Origin: a virus
DNA: 27,161 bases
Virus record (IMG/VR): IMGVR_UViG_3300036791_000379
Span: 69,021 to 96,181 of that record
Reading direction: 5' to 3' (one strand)
Made by a program: the position numbers and the translations under genes. The notes beneath the pieces were generated by a model that saw only the letters and a program-made list of their open reading frames with translations, had not been told where the DNA came from and did no database searches. Below are positions 22,788 through 27,161 of the stretch, in pieces (within the stretch, counting starts at the first letter, position 1; every line of letters begins with the position of its first letter).

Positions 22788-23041
22788 ACACTCCGTCGAA
22801 AGGCGTCGCCGGCTGCGGCGCTGAAGTCGTCCGCCGTCAGTCCGAGATGATCGCGGGCGAGGCGCGCGGCGATCCCAAGCAGGGAGGCCACCTCGACCGC
22901 CGCGCGCTTGTCCTGCGACAGGAGCAACTCGGTCTGGCGCAGCTGTTCAACGATGTGCCGCAGCACACCGTTGCAAGTCGTGGCGTAGGCCTCGGCCGTG
23001 TTCAGCTCGTGCGGCTTCCAGTCGTCGCGGTTCACGACCAC
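22784..23041 (-). CDS. Hypothetical helical protein (85 aa)
   Basis: ATGA coupling to the endolysin start; overlaps the upstream small membrane gene. Confidence 0.6.
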   Translation of the reverse strand: MVVNRDDWKPHELNTAEAYATTCNGVLRHIVEQLRQTELLLSQDKRAAVEVASLLGIAARLARDHLGLTADDFSAAAGDAFRRSV

Positions 23042-23130
23042 ACCAGCAGCCCGACCGCCACGATCACCGTGGCGGCAAGCAAAACCACGACCAGCACGGT
23101 GAGTTTGGCGTCATCATCGATCGGCTTCAC
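23032..23130 (-). CDS. Single-transmembrane micro-protein (32 aa)
   Basis: GTG 23130 with GGAG SD (23139-23142): MKPIDDDAKLTVLVVVLLAATVIVAVGLLVWS. Confidence 0.55.
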   Translation of the reverse strand: MKPIDDDAKLTVLVVVLLAATVIVAVGLLVWS

Positions 23131-23254
23131 TCTCACAACTCCGTGACCCTTGCGCGGCTGCGTTTCGCGAATGTGATGCGATCGATCCGCGAGCGCTCGC
23201 TCTGCATTTTCCGAGTCAAGAAGTTTTTTCTGTGACGGTTTCTGCAATCCGTCA

Positions 23255-23315
23255 AGCACGTCACACTGGCGTATACGACAAATCGCCGATTTGGCGAAAG
23301 ACGGTTTGCTATACT
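23255..23315 (+). promoter_or_regulatory. Degenerate fourth operator plus extended -10 promoter for the plus-strand moron gene
   Basis: ACG-N9-CGTATACG-N9-CG geometry (core 23270-23277) as in P1-P3; TGcTATACT extended -10 at 23307-23315. Confidence 0.5.
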
Positions 23316-23380
23316 TCTCCACGCGCGGACAGGAGTGTCCGTCGCAGGCTGTTTGAAACTGTGAAGAAGAAAGGAAGACT

Positions 23381-23860
23381 ATGACCAAGAGAGATGCTCT
23401 TGCCGCCATCAATCAATTCGTGGCGGACGAGACAACGGCGCGGCCCTTCAGAAAAGGAGACCGTGTCCGGCTCCTTCGACTCGACGGTACGCTGAGCGAC
23501 GAAGTCGTGACGCTGCACGATCTCTGGGGTGACGAAACCAACCCCCGGAATGCATCGTTCATCGAGGGAGTCGAACAGCTCTGGCACACCGACCTGATGC
23601 GGCACGAAGACGACAGCTCCCCTGTCGTCGTCCCTGATGGTGGCGTCTGGTACATCGCCAGAGGCAACAACATGGGCTGGGGCCGCGCGCAGTCGGAGAA
23701 GCAGGCGATTGCCAACATGCGGCGGAACGGCGGCAAGGTGACAGCCTATGTCGTCGCCCGCGTCAGCAAGTGGACCACCGTCACCGGCATGGGCTCGCTG
23801 AGCTACCCGTCGGGCATCGAGCCGGTCGAGACCAAGACGGTCGACCCGAAGAAGACCTGA
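23381..23860 (+). CDS. Moron-like hypothetical protein (159 aa; N-terminal SH3/KOW-like 'FRKGDRVRL' domain plus a second small domain)
   Basis: AAGGA SD, own promoter and terminator, opposite orientation to the late operon. Confidence 0.78.
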   Translation: MTKRDALAAINQFVADETTARPFRKGDRVRLLRLDGTLSDEVVTLHDLWGDETNPRNASFIEGVEQLWHTDLMRHEDDSSPVVVPDGGVWYIARGNNMGWGRAQSEKQAIANMRRNGGKVTAYVVARVSKWTTVTGMGSLSYPSGIEPVETKTVDPKKT

Positions 23861-23868
23861 CACCAACA

Positions 23869-23896
23869 CCCCGCGCTACCAAGCGCGGGGTTTTTT
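23869..23896 (+). terminator. Rho-independent terminator
   Basis: CCCCGCGCT-acca-AGCGCGGGG-TTTTTT, 8 bp after the stop of 23381..23860. Confidence 0.9.
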
Positions 23897-23988
23897 CACA
23901 CCAGCGTGTAGATCAGCACTGCGACCGCGAGCAGCGCCAGTCCGATCATGATGTAAACGACGCGGTCGTCGTTGAACGGAGAGGCCAC
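23896..23988 (-). CDS. Single-transmembrane micro-protein (30 aa)
   Basis: GTG 23988, two bases after the upstream TGA: MASPFNDDRVVYIMIGLALLAVAVLIYTLV-TGA. Confidence 0.55.
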   Translation of the reverse strand: MASPFNDDRVVYIMIGLALLAVAVLIYTLV

Positions 23989-23990
23989 AC

Positions 23991-24491
23991 TCAGCGAGGT
24001 TCAGGCTGCGGCACCGGCTGCTGATCGGGATGCGGTCCCTCGGGCGCGCCGAGCGGCTGGATCATGCCGGCCACCGCCTCGCCGGCCACCACCTCGATGT
24101 CGCACAGCGTGATCAACTCGCGCACGCCATCGCCGAGATCGGCATCGGCCGTCGCTTGGACCTGCGCCTGTCCGGCCGCGCCGACCGCCCGGACGCGGCA
24201 GACGGTGGAGTCGACGGGGTCGACCTCGACCGTGAGCATGGTGTCGTCGGACGTCTCCCAACTCACCTCGCCGTCGACCTTGGCCTTGTTGCCGTTGGCG
24301 TCGACATAGCCGACTTGCATTCTCACGGAGAACTCGACGGGCAGCGTGTACATGACATGGTCCCCTTCTGCGGTGATGGTGAATTGTTCAAACGTGACGG
24401 TCAGCAGCTGCTTGCCGGCTGGAGGCGCGGCGACCTGCATGAGCTGCAGCGGATTTTTGAAGACGATCTCGACGCGAGACAGATCAACCAT
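23991..24491 (-). CDS. Ig-like (Big_2-type) domain protein
   Basis: 'YVDANGN...V.G.VSWETSDD.MLTV......CRV.AVG..G.AQV.ATAD' all-beta pattern. A second in-frame start at ATG 24353 has a strong AAGGGGA SD. Confidence 0.7.
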   Translation of the reverse strand: MVDLSRVEIVFKNPLQLMQVAAPPAGKQLLTVTFEQFTITAEGDHVMYTLPVEFSVRMQVGYVDANGNKAKVDGEVSWETSDDTMLTVEVDPVDSTVCRVRAVGAAGQAQVQATADADLGDGVRELITLCDIEVVAGEAVAGMIQPLGAPEGPHPDQQPVPQPEPR

Positions 24492-24801
24492 TGTAGCTCT
24501 CGGGCCAATCGCACAGCGGCACGGTCCGGCCGTTCAGTGCGTGCGGGTTGTCGCCACAAAATTCTATCATCCCGTTCTTGATGAAGTAGTGACACAGCGT
24601 TTCTTGCCTGCCGTCTTCATCGGTCATGAAGCAGCGGATCGACGGATGAAACGTCGGCCGCTCCAGATCGCCGTTGAAGCTCCAGATCGCGCCGTAGCGG
24701 TTGCGCTCTGCAGTGGCGATGCCGTGCGGCTGGTCGCAGGCCGGGCACCAGTGATGATACCCGGAGACGACGTCTCCAATCCGGTACGGGCGCAGCTTCA
24801 T
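24484..24801 (-). CDS. Cys/His-rich small protein, DUF6527-like
   Basis: 'HWCPACDQPH', 'WSFNGDLERPTFHPSI', 'CHYFIKNGMIEFCGD..H.L.G.TVPL'. Confidence 0.72.
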   Translation of the reverse strand: MKLRPYRIGDVVSGYHHWCPACDQPHGIATAERNRYGAIWSFNGDLERPTFHPSIRCFMTDEDGRQETLCHYFIKNGMIEFCGDNPHALNGRTVPLCDWPESYNG

Positions 24802-24807
24802 GGATGC

Positions 24808-26391
24808 TCATCCGATCAGCGCCTCGATGTCGATCGGCTTGGTGTTGACGCGGTCGCGCGATCGGAAGCCCAGCATCATGGCGAGCGCCACCGCGCCATC
24901 GATGCGGAAGCGCGCCTTGTCCTTGTCGAGCTTGCGGTTGCCGGCCGGATCAGTCGTCGCCACCGCGTTCGCCATGTTCCAGTTCAGCACCGGGCTGTTC
25001 GGATGGATCAGCTGGCGCTCGACCACGGCCAGCTCCAGCGCGTCGATCGCCGGACCCATGTCGCGGTAGCCCTGACCCCACGGCACGAGGCGAAGACCAT
25101 CGCCCGGCTTGGTGCCTTCGACGTCCTCGTAGGCCGATAGCCCGATGCGATCGAACTCGCGCAGCAGGTCTTTGATGCGCCAGCGATCGTAGGCGAGGCC
25201 CTTGACCTTGTAGATCGTGGTCAGCTCGGCGACCTTGCGCGCAATCGCCTCGGGGTCGATCGAGCGGCCCTGTGTGACGTTGAGGTGCTCGGACTTGAGC
25301 CATTGCTCGTAGCGATGCGAGCCGGCACCGAAGTCGCGCAGCGAATGGACGTCGAGCTGGTCGGCCGGTTTCCAGAACAGCGGCAGCACGCGCACCGGCT
25401 CGATCGCCGAGCCGACCACGAGCGCGGTCAGATCGACCACACTCGACAGGTCGAGCGCCATGTAGACGTCCTCGCCGGGCACCAACGCGGAACGATCGGG
25501 GCCGGCGCAGGCCATCCACTCGGCGCGTGAGATCAGCGTCGAGACCGGCGACACGCGCTGGTTCAGGAACAGGTTGCGGACCTTCGGCTCCTCGGCCGGC
25601 AGGCGCTTGGCCTTGCGCACCGCCGCGACGAGGTCCTCGCGGTTGCGGAATTTGCCGAGACCGGGGTTCGCCTTCTTCCACTGCTTCTCGTCGTCGAGTT
25701 CGCAATCCTCGTCGGCGGCGTACAGGTGGCAGACGATCGAGGGATCAATCCCGGACAGGCCGTCATCGATCAGCTTCGACAGCACATGCTCGGGATCGTT
25801 CGACTGGGTCGAGATCACGATGAACAGCGGCTCGTTGCGCGCGCCGAACGCGGTATCGAGCACGTCATAGAGATCGCGGTTGCGGGCCTGCGCCAGCTCG
25901 TCATAGATCGCGACGCTCGGCAGCAGCCCGTGCTTGGTGGTGACCTCGCTTGAGACCGCGCGATAGACGCTGCCGGTGCGCCGCGCCACCATGGTCTTGG
26001 TCGACGGCACGATCTCGATCTGCTCGCGCAGCTCGGGCTCCAGCTCGACGATCTGGCGCGCGAACTTGAACACGATCGCCGCCTGCTCGCGATCGTTGGC
26101 GGCGGAATAAATCTCGCCGTTCACGATCGCCTCGGGACCGACCAGATGTGCCAGCACGATGCAGGCGATCAGTGCGGTCTTGCCGTTCTTGCGCGCGATC
26201 GACAGGATCGCCCGGCGCACCACGCGGTTGAGGCCGTAGTGTGGCTCATAGATCGCGCGAATGAACGCCTTCTGGAAAGCGTCGAGCACGAACAGCTTGC
26301 CCTGCCCGATGCCGCTCGGCACCGTCAGGCGCTCGATGAACTCGATCACCCTCGCGGCGCGGTCCCGCTTGCGCGTGGGCGCGACGATCAC
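24808..26391 (-). CDS. terL: Terminase large subunit (HK97/Terminase_1 type)
   Basis: GTG 26391 coupled to the terS stop (GTGA). Walker A 'IARKNGKT', Walker B 'AIYDEL', 'IST' coupling motif, nuclease 'ALDLSSVVDLTAL' and 'RIDGAVALAM'. Confidence 0.95.
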   Translation of the reverse strand: MIVAPTRKRDRAARVIEFIERLTVPSGIGQGKLFVLDAFQKAFIRAIYEPHYGLNRVVRRAILSIARKNGKTALIACIVLAHLVGPEAIVNGEIYSAANDREQAAIVFKFARQIVELEPELREQIEIVPSTKTMVARRTGSVYRAVSSEVTTKHGLLPSVAIYDELAQARNRDLYDVLDTAFGARNEPLFIVISTQSNDPEHVLSKLIDDGLSGIDPSIVCHLYAADEDCELDDEKQWKKANPGLGKFRNREDLVAAVRKAKRLPAEEPKVRNLFLNQRVSPVSTLISRAEWMACAGPDRSALVPGEDVYMALDLSSVVDLTALVVGSAIEPVRVLPLFWKPADQLDVHSLRDFGAGSHRYEQWLKSEHLNVTQGRSIDPEAIARKVAELTTIYKVKGLAYDRWRIKDLLREFDRIGLSAYEDVEGTKPGDGLRLVPWGQGYRDMGPAIDALELAVVERQLIHPNSPVLNWNMANAVATTDPAGNRKLDKDKARFRIDGAVALAMMLGFRSRDRVNTKPIDIEALIG

Positions 26392-26894
26392 GACTGGTTG
26401 GCGAGCAGCCCGGAGAATTTGCGCTCGGCTTCCTCGCCCGACGCGGTGCCATTGACGCGGGTGCGGCTCGACGGCGTGAAACCGAACTCGACGCAGAACC
26501 GCATCAGGTTCAGCGAAGCATTGGCCGCGATCTTCACCAGCGGGTTGGTGATGTGGCCGCCGTTCGCGCCCTCGACCAGCAGGCCGCGATGCTTCGGGTT
26601 TTCCTGCGCCATCTCGTACAGGGCGTCCTCGGCCTCGCACCAGCGCGCATAGGCGAGGCAGTACAGCGACAGCGGCCGGTAGTCGGCGATCGTTAGGATG
26701 CCCAGCCGGTGCAGCTCCGGCGCGATCCGGTTCCACTCCTCTCGGGCCACCTCCGACCGGCGGATGTGGTGAGGTGCCGGCGGGCACTCCGCCTCGACCA
26801 GTGGCTGGATTTCGCCCTTCGGCAGCGGCCGGTGCCCGGTATTGCCGCGCAACAGCTTCAGCTGCGTCGGAACTGCTTTTGCGCCGCGCATCAT
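26388..26894 (-). CDS. terS: Terminase small subunit, P27 family
   Basis: ATG 26894 with AGGAG SD. 'PTQLKLLRGNTGHRPL', 'AREEWNRI..EL...GIL...D...L..YC..Y', 'NPLV', 'EFGFTPSSR'. Confidence 0.93.
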   Translation of the reverse strand: MMRGAKAVPTQLKLLRGNTGHRPLPKGEIQPLVEAECPPAPHHIRRSEVAREEWNRIAPELHRLGILTIADYRPLSLYCLAYARWCEAEDALYEMAQENPKHRGLLVEGANGGHITNPLVKIAANASLNLMRFCVEFGFTPSSRTRVNGTASGEEAERKFSGLLANQS

Positions 26895-27161
26895 GATGGA
26901 ACTCCTATGGAACTCGGCGGAACTCTCTCCGGCGGTGTCTGGATGCCGCAAAAGAGAATGTTTTTCTCCTTTCGCGATTGGTGCCTTATTACCGAACTGG
27001 GCGAGCTGGAAAAACCTGCGAACGTGGAACTCACTTAGCAGGGGCCGTTTCGGACCTATTTTGGAACCGAAGCAAAAAGATCAATGATTTCATCTATTTG
27101 CGAGGAGAATAATCTTCTACACCACCAAAAACCCGAAATTCTGCGGGCGCAATAATTGGAG

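Larger units (their letters stand above)
1..27161. mobile_element. Tailed phage / prophage segment (HK97-type head, Mu-like contractile tail)
   Basis: Every recognisable gene in the window is phage-like. No host housekeeping genes, integrase or att site are visible. Confidence 0.95.

Noticed and set aside
24808-26951. Extended N-termini of terL (26787) and terS (26951) in the ORF track
   Set aside because: The extensions are junk-like. Coupled or SD-supported starts exist at 26391 and 26894. The same correction applies to several other genes (HNH, connector, DUF6011-like).
1-27161. tRNA/rRNA genes, introns, inteins, reverse transcriptase or DGR
   Set aside because: No cloverleaf or rRNA-like segment was seen, terL and portal are of normal length, and no RT motifs were found. 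A covariance-model scan was not possible.

Overview
GC-rich tailed-phage (or prophage) morphogenesis region, probably from an alphaproteobacterial host (inferred from composition and promoter style). The minus strand reads, right to left: terS (P27 type), terL, small accessory genes, an amidase+DPBB endolysin, HNH endonuclease, two large multi-domain proteins, a capsid paralog, a TPR-glycosyltransferase, a methyltransferase, an HK97-type protease-capsid fusion, portal, a 104-triplet collagen fibre, head-tail genes and a Mu-like contractile tail (sheath, tube). A plus-strand island (14.9-19.5 kb) of about 13 small genes interrupts this late region. It is driven by three near-identical sigma70-type promoters overlapped by TATACG-N9-CGTATA palindromes. 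The most notable signal is a candidate virion-cargo toxin/immunity system. The two large proteins carry three copies of a (W/F)xExx(H/E)PRxxxGxx(W/F)TxGGG tag, each followed by a toxin-type domain (GNAT, GNAT, RelA/SpoT-like). Behind one GNAT lies a 46-57 aa out-of-frame nested gene, absent from the ORF track, with its own TTGTCT-N17-TATCTA promoter embedded in the GNAT codons. The RelA/SpoT-like domain is overlapped convergently by a 69-aa gene that ends the plus-strand island. Family names come from motif recognition only; no database searches were run.
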